A stretch of DNA of 64,000 nucleotides from Octopus sinensis (Eukaryota), in the NCBI RefSeq assembly GCF_006345805.1, contig NC_042998.1, forward strand, positions 18,166,001-18,230,000. Direction: 5' to 3'. Shown here in pieces: positions 12,191-24,256 of the stretch. The notes beneath the pieces are model-generated. The model searched no databases. It saw only the letters and a program-made list of their open reading frames with translations, and had not been told where the DNA came from. The number at the start of each line of letters is the position of its first letter. Position 1 is the stretch's first letter. Position numbers and translations under genes: made by a program.

Positions 12191-12939
12191 AAATATTATA
12201 CGCATGCTTCCATCTTTTTAACAAGCAGTTACTGCAGAGATATCCATCTCGTAATTTTTTTTATTTTTTCATCTGCACACCTGGAAAGTTCTCTTAATAT
12301 AGTAGATTGGATTTCACTTTTCAAGTAGAATTATCTTTCAGTTAAGAAAATAAATCTGCAACTCTGCTGGCAACGTCTGAACATTGGAGAACTGACATAA
12401 ATGTCATCTTTTATAAGATTTGCATTTATTATAGTATACTCACATGACAAATATGGATTTGATACTTAATTTTCCTCTTCAATTTATTGACAAATCTGTA
12501 CTGCATGATCGTTACCTCATAATGACAATCAGCGGAATACGTTCAGCTCCAAAACCAGTAATTTTACTAGCATTTATCATTGTCACTAGCAGACAACACA
12601 TGCGTCTTTACAACGGCTGCTTGCGTGGTCAATAATTCGCAATAACATTATTGAAGCATTAATTTTAGCTTTGATAATGCAATTTTGCATGCTAACCACG
12701 TTAAGATAATCAAGAGATATGATTCACCTATGGCATCTCGGCTGACATCTTGATATGAGTTACACTTTTAACAAAATGCTATCTTCTCCCAATTTTGTCA
12801 TCGATTCACTGGTTAGCTTCTAAGGTTTTCGGCTTTTCAGCTTGAAGTAAGTAGAAATGTATTTTCCTTAAATATTTACACCATCAAATAAAACATCGGT
12901 TGTTTTCACCTATGTTTCGAACTTATTATTATTATTATT

Positions 12940-13212
12940 CTATGTTTGACTTTTACTTTATATTTGTACCAAGTTGGCTCCAAGTCTCACCCAGATACCT
13001 CAACAGATAACAGGTTGGAAGTTCGTGATGTTGTTATGCCTAGTGTGCCATATATTTGGTTTTGTATTTTGTGTTGTACTAGTGAATGTCAAAAAAAAAA
13101 AATGAAAATTATGTTTGTCTTGAAACTTGAGATTACATAGAAAGTATTTTGCGTAGGATATGAGCAGTTCCCATGAGCACTATCTTTTGAATTTCTGCCA
13201 TTTTGGGGGTTC
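12940..13212 (-). mobile_element. 3' end of R4/Dong-type LINE inserted in (ATT)n
   Basis: Reverse complement of the 31374-31704 unit (same C-terminus, here PKMAEIQKIVLMGTAHILRKILSM*, plus 3' UTR); (ATT)n on both sides. Confidence 0.85.
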
Positions 13213-14062
13213 ATTATTATTATTATTATTATTCAGGCCACTGCTTGGAATCGACCTCGGAATCTTTGGTTTAGTAGCCCCCGCTCTTAACCACTACGCT
13301 ATATGTCCGTAGGTTTATATCTATTGACGTTCCACACCTACTTTTAGAAATAACTAGTAACTATGTATGTAGCAAAAATCTTTTTATGCTAACCAAAATA
13401 TTGTAGCATCTGCAAATCGGAAATTCTAGTTCGTATAACTTTTAGTACCTACACTGGCAACTACCTTATTTTCTGGCGTATAAGATGCACATTTTCAATT
13501 ACAAATATATCAAAAATATTTCACAGCCGGATGGGAGATCGAGTGTCCTAGATTAGAGAGTCCGATGAGCATAATTTCGTTCGGCTTAATAATTGTTTCT
13601 TATCATAAACTATTGAAAACAAGCCAATACATAAAATTCTTTTGGCATAAACTTGTGAAATTATTGGTTACAGCACACCGATATTTATGTGGAGATGAGA
13701 CATCATCTCATCATACCTTTTCCTACATAAATAACCCACCTTTGATGGGTGTCTTACATTATTTAATGAGTGCCTTACCTTTAAAATATGTTTTTGTTAT
13801 CTAAATGAAAACACTCCGAGTAGAGTGAAAGAGAAGCGTAACTTTCTTATGCCTATCACCTATTCGCGATGGCAGGATGAAGAAACAATGGTTTGTGCAC
13901 CATTCTGATGGCCGATCGCGGTAATACAAAACATCGTAGACCAAAATATGAATTTAACATCCTATGTGGTAATTCTCTTCACGAAAATATCGACAATAAT
14001 GAATTGATCTGAAAGAAAAGAAAATTGAAATACGGTAATCGTCTAATGTTATACACGCGCGC

Positions 14063-14095
<33 letters not shown>

Positions 14096-14139
14096 ACACA
14101 CACGAACATATATATACGGTTTCATAATATACTCCTCTT

Positions 14140-14340
14140 TTACTCTTTTACTTGTTTCAGTCATTTGACTGCGGCCATGCTGGAGCACCACCTTTAGTCG
14201 AGCAAATCGACCCCAGGACTTATTCTTTGTAAGCCTACTACTCATTCTACCGGTCTCTTTTGTCGAACCTCTAAGTTAGGGAGACGAAAACATGCCAGCA
14301 TCGGTTGTCAAGCGATGTTGCGGGGGACAAACACAGACGC
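14140..14340 (-). mobile_element. SINE family B, 3' half
   Basis: tcagtcatttgactgcggccatgctggagcaccacc..ttattctttgtaagcct..catcggttgtcaagcgatg. Confidence 0.8.
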
Positions 14341-15173
14341 ACAAATACTGTATACTGTATACTGTGCAAAAATTGCTCTCATATCTACAGTATTATAAAT
14401 TCTCCCTAACAAAAACCTTTAAAAGTATCTTTCAAGTGTATTGTGAAAAGCATTTTATCCCTCTACAATATACTTCTAAAATATAGTGCATGGAATGAGA
14501 GGATGCTACTTTTACGTCAGAAGAAAGTGTAAATTACATATTTTTGCACTTAAAGATGAATATGTTTCTACCGTAGATTCGAATCGTGGGCTAGATCACT
14601 GATATATTCGTGCCCCAGAGAAATATTGATAAACGTACCATGTTTACTATTCCCTGTACAAATATTCAGACATCGACACAGCTTAGTAAAAAAAAAAAAA
14701 AAAAAAAAGCAGAAGACGAAATCGAGCTATCTCAGAACTAATATAAAATTATTTTGCATTTCAGTCGCTTAGAGCCTAGTTTAATATTAAATCATGAAAC
14801 CTGCTTAAACTATCAATTATTTAAATTTGAACTAGAAATTAGTTGATACTGACACATTTGGTAGGTTTCAAAAGCCAGTATATACGTATATATTACAGTG
14901 GAGTGAAAATCTAGATATTTTAGACGTTCCAAATGTAATCAATATGTTTGCTAGTTTATTTACATCCATCCTATCCAAAGAGACGTGTAGTACGACAACG
15001 TTTGTTTATATTTGGAAGTGCAACTATTTACATATTGACAGATGTATAGTTAAATCCTCAACTACTTCATTTCAGATATCTTGTTCATAGTATCTCTGTC
15101 TGTCTGTCTGTCTGTCTCTGACTCTCTCTCTCTCTCTCCATCTGTCTGTGTATATATATATATATATATATAC

Positions 15174-15437
15174 GCGAGAAAGAAGCAACAAGAATGGATA
15201 GGTTTTTAGTACAATCGTTTCATACAAGGACAGGCTTTATTAAAAGTTGTAAAAATTACAGCATATAAACGTGTCCCGTACTCATCAGCTAAAATACATG
15301 TGAGTTCTCTAGACATCCTAGCGGTTGAGGCTATACTCATGAAGTAATGTAGATAATTAAGTAACATAAACAGATTTCCAAAGTTCATTAAAGTTCTTTA
15401 AAGATGATGTACAGTCTTATCACAGAATTTTAAAAAA
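15174..15437 (-). repeat. Inverted (head-to-head) pseudo-LTR copy
   Basis: Reverse complement of about 19984-20247; abuts the + strand pLTR at 15439. Confidence 0.93.
15204..15294 (-). ncRNA. Type I minimal hammerhead ribozyme (antisense copy)
   Basis: Exact reverse complement of 15537-15627. Confidence 0.85.
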
Positions 15438-15438
15438 T

Positions 15439-15783
15439 TTTAATGAACTTTGGAAATCTGTTTATGTTACTTAATTATCTACATTACTTCATGAGTATAG
15501 CCTCAACCACTAGGATGTCTAGAGAACTCACATGTATTTTAGCTGATGAGTACGGGACACGTTTATATGCTGTAATTTTTACAACTTTTAATAAAGCCTG
15601 TCCTTGTATGAAACGATTGTACTAAAAACCTATCCATTCTTGTTGCTTCTTTCTCGCTTATAATCACCCCACATTACTGTATTGTTAAAACAGTATAGTT
15701 TTTTTTGGTGCATCTAAGTTAGGTACCTTATTCAAGTAAATTCATTTAAATTAACTTGAATCTTTATTGCTTTTTGAATATAT
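15439..15783 (+). repeat. 5' pseudo-LTR
   Basis: Near-identical to 20029-20373 (offset 4590). Confidence 0.93.
15537..15627 (+). ncRNA. Type I minimal hammerhead ribozyme
   Basis: Stem I TTTTAG/CTAAAA, core CTGATGA (15543-15549), about 60-nt stem II domain (GTACGGGAC..GTCCTTGTAT, inner TGTAA/TTACA hairpin), GAAAC-GATT-GT, cleavage triplet GUA (after A15621). Confidence 0.87.
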
Positions 15784-15830
15784 TCCCATACAGTCTCTAT
15801 GTTTTTCTGGTACTTAATTTCTCAACAAGA

Positions 15831-18670
15831 ATGGAAAAGGTAAACATTGAGTTCTCCCCTAAAGACATCCCTTACATAGTATAGATGAATATAATTGGCT
15901 TCTCATTCATAGGATTAACGATTTCATTAGAAGAATCAGGTGGAAAACGTACCATTTTGATGTCAAACAGAAGAAGAAACCACAGGATAAGAACACCGAA
16001 AAGAATTTTAGAAGAATTTTTTTAAAAGTAGAAAAAGCCCACCTCAGAACCCATTCCTGGAGAATTTTGAGAAAGACTTGCTGAATCTTATAGATGATAT
16101 TAGCTTCAAGGAACACCCGTTAAGATATAACCCTCACCTTAGACACCTAAGGAACTTTATTCAGTCAACCCGGTGCAAACATGGAATCCTAGTACCAGCA
16201 GATAAAACGGGTAATATGTATAGAGTTGATTACGATATTTATAGCAAATTAATTAGGAAGGAACTAAACTCCAAATATAAAATTACGACTAAGAACAATT
16301 TGAAAAAAGTAAACATGGAAATGAAAGAGATCATGGAGAAACTAAATTTAACGGATAGAACGGAGCCACTTAAACCGTGTGAGCCCAGGATCAACCTTAA
16401 AGACCACAAAAAGAACTTCTTGAAAACCTTCGGTAAGGCTGATCTGTCCAACTAAGTCGGACATTGGCCGACTTAGTAAATCTATCCTGGATAATGTTCT
16501 ACCCCAGATAACCCCTCTTCTCCCCTTAAACCTATGGCTAAGTACGGATGAAGTTCTAAAATGGTTTAACTCTCTAACTAATACTAGTAGTCTGTCCTTT
16601 ATTCAGTTCGATATTAATAGTTATTACTCAAGTATTTCCCCTATCTTACTCAACAAATCACTAATATTTGCCATGAATCGCTCCCTCATATCTAGAGAAG
16701 AAATCAATATTGTGCTACTAGCTAGGAAGACATTTATAGAATTTGAAGATAAATTATGGACTAGAGCAGATACACCTAATTTTTTTGATATACCAATGGG
16801 TTCCAGTGATTCGGCTGAGGTAACCAACCTAGTGGGCGCATATCTATTAAAATGCATAAGCAAGGATATACCAGAAATACAGGGGGGTCTATATAGGGAT
16901 GATGCTCTGTTTGTTATCCCTAGTAATAAAAATCTGTTATAGAAAGGATTAGAAAGAAAATTAATAAGTTCTTTAAGGATTTCAACCTCAGTATAACGTA
17001 TGAACCGGGCACTAAAATAGTTAACTTCCTAGATATTACGCTAGACCTTAACTCCAAGCTACATTACCCATTTAGAAAGGAAGGCGAAATCACGAATTAC
17101 GTAAATAAATTATCAAATCATCCCCCAAATATAATAGAATCTTTAGTAAGAAATATTTCATTAAGAATTTCAAAATTATCATCCAATAAGGATATATTTA
17201 ACTCCCATTCTGAGCATTATAATGAGGCGTTAACTAAGGCTGGATACAACCAAAAGATTACATTCGTTGATAGGGGAACTCACGTATTCCTAATAATGAA
17301 GGTATCAGTAATCACGTAAGCAGCAATACAGACCAAGCCCGAAATAAAAGTAGAATTAAATTAATGGTAAACGCTAATCTAGCGCACAGGCCCAACAATT
17401 CAAATAGAAGCATTGACCAGAACATAGGTAACTCGGATAACATTGAAGTAGATAAACCTAAGATGCACAAAAATAAAAATAAAAATAATGGTAATAAATA
17501 CAATAACTCCGGTGAGATGAATAGTAGTAATTCTACGAACCCTAAATTTAATAAAAAAGATATATTATGGCTGAATATCCCTTTCAACTGTGCGATACAA
17601 TCGGATATACAGAACAAATTCAAAGTAATTCTGGAAAAAAATTTCCCTATCTCTCATAGATATCATAGAATTATATCTAGGAAAACAGTTAGGATTTCTT
17701 ATTCAACCCTCCCAAATATGTCCACTTTAATAGCTAAGATTAATAATAAAAACATTAAACTAGCCAGGAAAGATAGAAATAAAAATAATAATATCAGCAT
17801 GAATACCAATAGCAATTATAATAATACTACCAACAATAAAAACAACAATAGCAACTATCAAAACATAGGTGAAATTAGTAACCACAGAATGACTAATAAC
17901 ATTAACATTAATAGTAATAATAACAATGCCGATATTAATAGAAGTAATAATGTTAATAATAGAAATAATAGATATAAGGCTAATGGAGAAAATAAGGAGA
18001 ATGAAAATATCAGTGATATTTATAACAGCAATATGCAGTCGGAAAAAAAGACTAACAATAATAGTAACATTACCAATAATATAAGAAATCATGGTAGGAC
18101 TTTAAACCTAAATGATGAAGCTGAAGGATCAATAAATAATAGCAATACTTTAGATATCAGCACCAACTATAGAAATGATAATCAAAATAATAGGAACCTA
18201 AGACATCTACCCAAGAATAATCCAAAGCCTGAAGTTGCTCCTCCTGTGTGTAAGTGTAGAATAAAATCAAAATGCCCGGCACCTGGTCTATGTGGGGAAA
18301 ATAATGTAATCTATAAATGTACCATATCCACGGAGAATAACAAATATCTTTACGTTGGATGTACAATTAATTTTCTAGCCAGAGTTAGAAATCACATCTC
18401 GTCTTTTAACTTACGTCATAAAGCTGGTACCACCACACTTTCAAACAAAATCTGGAACTCAAAAATAATAATAAAAATTATAACCTTAATTGGGAAATAG
18501 TTAGGAGAGCAATTCCGTATAAAAATAGTAGGGTTGGTTGCCAACTATGCTCCATGGAGACGTATGAAATTCTAAAGCATAGAAAACATAGAAACTTATT
18601 GAATAATCATATCGAACTAGGTCAAGTTTGTGTCCACGCTAAATTGAAGACTTTAAAATATTTTAAATGA
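15831..18670 (+). CDS. PLE polyprotein (RT + GIY-YIG), about 948 aa after restoring 7 missing bases at 6 frameshift sites
   Basis: N-terminus RINDFIRRIRWKTYHF; RT motifs KDHK..RL.CPTKSDIG, FIQFDINSYYSSI (about 16607), PMGSSDSAEV, GLYRDD (16892), VNFLDITLDL, YVNKLSNHPP; CxCx5Cx5C linker (18249-18293); VIY..YVG nuclease motif; CQLC..CVH tail; TGA at 18668-18670. Confidence 0.9.
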
Positions 18671-20028
18671 TTAGAATATCCGTAACTAGATAGATAGATA
18701 TAACTTGATTTCTACTAGTATAGCACTGCTTTAAGTAGATAACTAAGAGTTCTCACACCACAGTTATCTTTTTCCTTATATCTGCATCAGTTTTTAGGGA
18801 ACAGGGAAATGAATAGTACTTATACGCTGCTTAATTGAGGTCTTACCTAATTTCAAACTCATAATCTTTTAAATTCTTAATTTTAAATCTTAATTGTAAT
18901 TTTTAATTTTAATTCCTAACTTAATCTAATTTAAGTAGCATAACTCTAATAAAATAAAATGAGATACTATAGCCCCATAATTCTATTTCAAAATTAAATA
19001 AATAAGGCTACCCCCTCGGTGATAATATGATTATCTTCATTATGATAGACAATCCCCTAACACCTTGTAAATGATCTTCTAAGATTTGACCTGTAGCCCG
19101 TCAATGTATGAATAATAACGGCAACTCCTTAAGACAATAAAATGAATAAATTAAATAAGTAAGTTTTATTGACTTTTTGATAAGATTATACTTAGATTTT
19201 CCTAATGTATTTTCTTTTGATTTTAGCATCTGACCCCTAAACCCCTGACTGTGTTATCTCTTTAGATTCTCTTTAAATTCATAGCTGATTTCAACAGCAA
19301 TAAATTAACTGTTTTACTGGCCAAAGAATAATATTCTCCTCTAGTTCATAGATGCCTGTAAATTAAAACCAGACTTGCCGTCTACTAATTCTTCTGGATA
19401 ACTAGAACCCTCTTTTTTATTTTTATATTTTTCCCTTCTTTCCCTATTTCTTTCTCTTTTCTCTTTTTTCTGTTTCTTCTTCTTATTCTCTTTTTCCTTT
19501 TCTCTTCTCTTTTAGTCCCCTTCCCCCCTTTTTTGCTCCCTCCTCCTTATTTTCTCTCTTTTCTTCTATTCCCTTCCCTTTCTATTCTTGGCCTCTCCAG
19601 AAGGCCTTCAGCCTTTATAAGTTAAATAGCTACAGCCTCTTGTAAATAGCAGTAATGTGATTAATGTGGCAAATACCTAATCATATAACAAGAATTGATA
19701 CCTACCTCATTGTGTTCAACCATTGATAAATTTATCGCCTGTGAATATGAAATTCCTCCTCATTTCTCTGGAAACTTACATCTACACCATTGGAAATTGT
19801 GTATCTATACAAAGGATTAATTCACCCTCTCTGTAATGCTAATAAGCAGGAATTGAGACCCACCTCGTTGTGATTAACAATGGATAAATTTGTCTTCTGT
19901 GAGTATGTAATCCCTCATCATATCTCTGGAAATTCATATGTGCTCTATGGATTAGGTCACCTTCTCTTTGATGCTATTAGAACTTTTTTAAAATTCTGTG
20001 ATAAGACTGTACATCATCTTTAAAGAAC

Positions 20029-20373
20029 TTTAATGAACTTTGGAAATCTGTTTATGTTACTTAATTATCTACATTACTTCATGAGTATAGCCTCAACCAC
20101 TAGGATGTCTAGAGAACTCACATGTATTTTAGCTGATGAGTACGGGACACGTTTATATGCTGTAATTTTTACAACTTTTAATAAAGCCTGTCCTTGTATG
20201 AAACGATTGTACTAAAAACCTATCCATTCTTGTTGCTTCTTTCTCGCTTATAATCACCCCACATTACTGTATTGTTAAAACAGTATAGTTTTTTTTGGTG
20301 CATATAAGTTAGGTACCTTATTCAAGTAAATTCATTTAAATTAACTTGAATCTTTATTGCTTTTTGAATATAT
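20029..20373 (+). repeat. 3' pseudo-LTR
   Basis: Direct repeat of 15439-15783; its homology with the inverted copy extends upstream to about 19984; runs into (TA)n. Confidence 0.93.
20127..20217 (+). ncRNA. Type I minimal hammerhead ribozyme (3' pLTR copy)
   Basis: Identical to 15537-15627; predicted cleavage after A20211. Confidence 0.87.
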
Positions 20374-20449
20374 ATATATATATATATACATACACATACA
20401 TACACATATATTCATACATAAGTACACTAATACACACACACACACACAT

Positions 20450-20482
<33 letters not shown>

Positions 20483-20632
20483 ATTATATATATATATACA
20501 CACACATATATATATATACATAAATATATATATATATGCATATATATATTTATGCATAGAAATATATATATATAATATATATACATACATATATATATAT
20601 ATATATTATATATATATATAGGTATGTATTTG

Positions 20633-20681
<49 letters not shown>

Positions 20682-20691
20682 TATGTATTTG

Positions 20692-20730
<39 letters not shown>

Positions 20731-21031
20731 ATACAGACACACATGAACGTAACATACAAAAGATGAAATGCAAAATTATTCTAGTATCATCTATCTCACT
20801 GAAAAAATGATCGATTTAGATGCCTTTAAGAAATAAATTACCTAAGTGGCGTCAACAGGCCACGGATACGGTTACTAATGAGAGAATGCTGCAGAGACGA
20901 GACACAAAAGAAAAGCAAAGAGAAAGACATGTAATTAAATTTTAGCGACTACAACAGAGAAAACACAAGTAGACAAAATAAGTACAGATATGGACAAAGG
21001 ATTTGTAGAGTTCAGCTTCATAAAATGACAT

Positions 21032-21206
21032 AGGCGGAGGAGAGGCTGTGTGGTAAGTAGCTTGCTTAACAACCACATGGTTCCAGGTTTAGTCCCACTG
21101 TGTGGCAACTCGGGCAGGTGTATTCTACTATAGCCTCGGCCCGACCGACCAAAGCCTTGTGAGTGGATTTGTTAGACGGAAACTGAAAGCCCACCGTATA
21201 TATGTG

Positions 21207-21248
<42 letters not shown>

Positions 21249-21510
21249 CATACATATGTATATATATATACATATATATGTGTGTGTGTGTGTCTGTGTC
21301 TGTGTTTGTGTGTCTGTGTTTGTCCCTCCAGCATCGTTTGACAACCGATGTTGGTCTGTTTACTTCCCCGTAACTTAGCAGTTCGGCAAAAGAAACCGAT
21401 AGAATAAGTACTAGGCTTACAAAGAATAAGTCCTGAGGTCGATTTTCTCGACTAAAGGCGGTGCTCCAGCATGGCCGCAGTGAAATGACCGAAAGAAGTA
21501 AAAGAGTAAA
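21032..21510 (+). mobile_element. SINE family B
   Basis: ggctgtgtggtaagtagcttgc head, long internal (TA)n, standard tail; its 3' half is repeated at about 21925-22155. Confidence 0.88.
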
Positions 21511-22556
21511 AGTGTATACACACGAACTGCTAAAACCGTAACGGAATAAATTAATGCAATATTCTGTTGCAACAATCACGAGAATAGTTTAAAAAATTAA
21601 GCAAATAAGAGCTTTATTTACATTATTTACATTTGACGGATATTTGTCCTCATCTTGTTTGTTGTTAACACAACGTTTCAGCTGTTATACCCTCCGAAAC
21701 GTTGTATTAACAACAAACAAGATGAGGACAAGTATCCGTCAAATGTAAATTATGTTAATGACGTACATAATTCCTCATCTCTTAAATATAGAACTGGAAT
21801 AAGTGTTTGCATGAAGTATTTAAAGGGGTGATCTATATAAATGCATTCCATATACGAGCTGAAAAGGGAAAATATATGAGACCAAACATATGTATACGCA
21901 AGGTATATGGGTGTGTGTGGTATATGTGTGTGTGTGTGTCTGTGTCTGTGTTTGTGTGTCTGTGTTTGTCCCTCCAGCATCGTTTGACAACCGATGTTGG
22001 TCTGTTTACTTCCCCGTAACTTAGCAGTTCGGCAAAAGAAACCGATAGAATAAGTACTAGGCTTACAAAGAATAAGTCCTGAGGTCGATTTTCTCGACTA
22101 AAGGCGGTGCTCCAGCATGGCCGCAGTGAAATGACCGAAAGAAGTAAAAGAGTAAAAGTGTATACACACGAACTGCTAAAACCGTAACGGAATAAATTAA
22201 TGCAATATTCTGTTGCAACAATCACGAGAATAGTTTAAAAAATTAAGCAAATAAGAGCTTTATTTACATTATTTACATTTGACGGATATTTGTCCTCATC
22301 TTGTTTGTTGTTAACACAACGTTTCAGCTGTTATACCCTCCGAAACGTTGTATTAACAACAAACAAGATGAGGACAAGTATCCGTCAAATGTAAATTATG
22401 TTAATGACGTACATAATTCCTCATCTCTTAAATATAGAACTGGAATAAGTGTTTGCATGAAGTATTTAAAGGGGTGATCTATATAAATGCATTCCATATA
22501 CGAGCTGAAAAGGGAAAATATATGAGACCAAACATATGTATACGCAAGGTATATGG

Positions 22557-22565
<9 letters not shown>
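21275..22565. repeat. 646-bp tandem duplication (2 copies)
   Basis: 21275-21919 and 21921-22565 match at a constant offset of 646; both boundaries lie in (TG)n/(TA)n. Confidence 0.92.
21625..21750. repeat. Palindrome of PLE-type pLTR ends (second copy at 22271-22396)
   Basis: 55-bp arms ATTTACATTTGACGG..CAACGTTTC / GAAACGTTG..CCGTCAAATGTAAAT with 2 mismatches and a 16-nt loop. Confidence 0.85.
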
Positions 22566-22588
<23 letters not shown>

Positions 22589-22626
22589 GTGTACGTGTGT
22601 GTAACACTAATGGAAAATGATGTTCT

Positions 22627-22895
22627 ATATAATCGACTTAATCGACTTAATCCGTTTGTCTGTCTTTGTTTGTCCCCTCTATGTTAACCCCCTTGTGGGT
22701 AATAAAGAAATAGGTATTTCGTTTGCCGTTACGTTCTGAGTTCAAATTCCGCTGAAGTCGACTTTGCCTTTCATCCTTCCGGGGTCGGTAAAGTAAGTAC
22801 CAGTTACGTACTGGGTCAATGTAATCGACTTAATACCTTTGTCTGTCCCTGTTTGTCCGCTCTATGTTTAGCCACTTGTGGGCAATAAAGAAATA
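22627..22895 (+). mobile_element. SINE family C, two partial copies
   Basis: gttacgttctgagttcaaattccgc..gtcgactttgcctttcatcc; the ..aatcgacttaat..tttgtcc..ccttgtggg..aataaagaaa tail occurs twice. Confidence 0.8.
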
Positions 22896-23537
22896 AGAAA
22901 GGGCAGGAGGAAGGTAAAGCGGTGAGAAGAATATATAAACGGAAAGGAGAAAATGGTGAAGCGTGACAAAGGAAATGAAAGAGAGGAAAATAAAAAGAGA
23001 AAAATATAAAGAGAGGAGTCGCACCGAATATTAATCACTGTATGGAGTGTAGTGAATGGGGACAAAAAGCGGGGTACGTGGCGTTACATTAAATGATAAA
23101 GATTTAAAATGGCGTAGACGGACGACAAAGTAACAAACTGAAAATTCCCACAGAAGACATGCTCTTTCCTCATCAGTTATCGTTCAAAGTCCATAACGAT
23201 AATATTGTTCATTTTGGAGGCGCCAACAGCAAAGTGCTGCTGGGAATAAAGAGCATGAAGGATGATTTTCATTATAATCAATTTTATCACAACACAACTG
23301 ATATCAATGGCAACAACAATTTATCGATTCGGTTATGTAACTTCTAAACACTCTGACTCCAATACGATCAACAAAATCCAGACTAGATCTGCAAAATGTT
23401 CATTATGAAATGTGAATCCAAATTACAGCATGAATTAATAACAAAAAAACATAGGTGAAATACTGCATAACCCACTGTGTTTCTTTACCTACTCATACGA
23501 CCTATACTATCCATAATTAATTCAAGCTTGTCAATAT

Positions 23538-23927
23538 GGGGACGGAAGCACTCCGTCGGTTACGACGACGAGGGTTCCAGTTGATCCGAATCAACGGAAC
23601 AGCCTGCTCGTGAAATTAACGTGTAAGTGGCTGAGCACTCCAGAGACACGTGTACCCTTAACGTAGTTCTCGGGGATATTCACCGTGACACAGAGAGTGA
23701 CAAGGCCGGCCCTTTGAAATACAGGTACAACAGAAATAGGAAGTAAGAGTAAGAGAAAGCTGTGGTGAAAGAGTACAGCAGGGATCACCACCATCCCCTG
23801 CCGGAGCCTCGTGGAGCTTTAGGTGTTTTCGCTCAATAAACACTCACAACGCCCGGTCTGGGAATCGAAACCGCGATCCTATGACCGCGAGTCCGCTGCC
23901 CTAACCACTGGGCCATTGCGCCTCCAC
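23538..23927 (-). mobile_element. tRNA-derived SINE family A, full length with TSD
   Basis: Reverse complement of 7779-8164; 9-bp TSD TGTCAATAT at 23529-23537 and 23928-23936. Confidence 0.92.
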
Positions 23928-24175
23928 TGTCAATATACAAATAAATAGATCGGACAACAGATAACGTTACAGTCTCCTTGATTATCTTGTAATAACATAT
24001 GCGAATTATTTTTGGGTATCCTGGCGTATAGTTTCACTGCATATAATTACTGATATTTTTTCAACAAATTCTATTCTAAAATGACCACCTCCGCTAGGAA
24101 AGAATATTAAACGTATCTAAATATCTGCTTTGCTTCCACAATGTATGAATAGATACATACTTAATCGGACAAACT

Positions 24176-24256
<81 letters not shown>

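Larger units (their letters stand above)
15174..20373 (+). mobile_element. Penelope-like element with C-terminal GIY-YIG endonuclease, tandem pseudo-LTRs and inverted 5' pLTR
   Basis: Direct repeats 15439-15783 / 20029-20373 (345 bp, one mismatch seen); inverted copy 15174-15437; (TA)n on both flanks; RT plus GIY-YIG ORF between the repeats; HHR in every repeat copy. Confidence 0.95.

Noticed and set aside
13463-13492. Tc2/pogo-like TIR (ccttattttctggcgtataagatgcac)
   Set aside because: No partner TIR or transposase sequence found nearby.
15443-15625. 60-aa ORF present three times (15206-15388, 15443-15625, 20033-20215)
   Set aside because: It recurs only because it lies in the pLTR and overlaps the hammerhead; no protein motif is recognisable.
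15723-15829. Possible intron between the pLTR and the ATG (AG|GTACCT ... TTTCTCAACAAG|)
   Set aside because: PLEs can have 5' introns, but the donor is weak and there is no transcript evidence.
21275-22565. Repeat-spacer-like periodicity (CRISPR?)
   Set aside because: A simple 646-bp duplication in eukaryotic DNA, with no short repeats separated by unique spacers and no cas genes.
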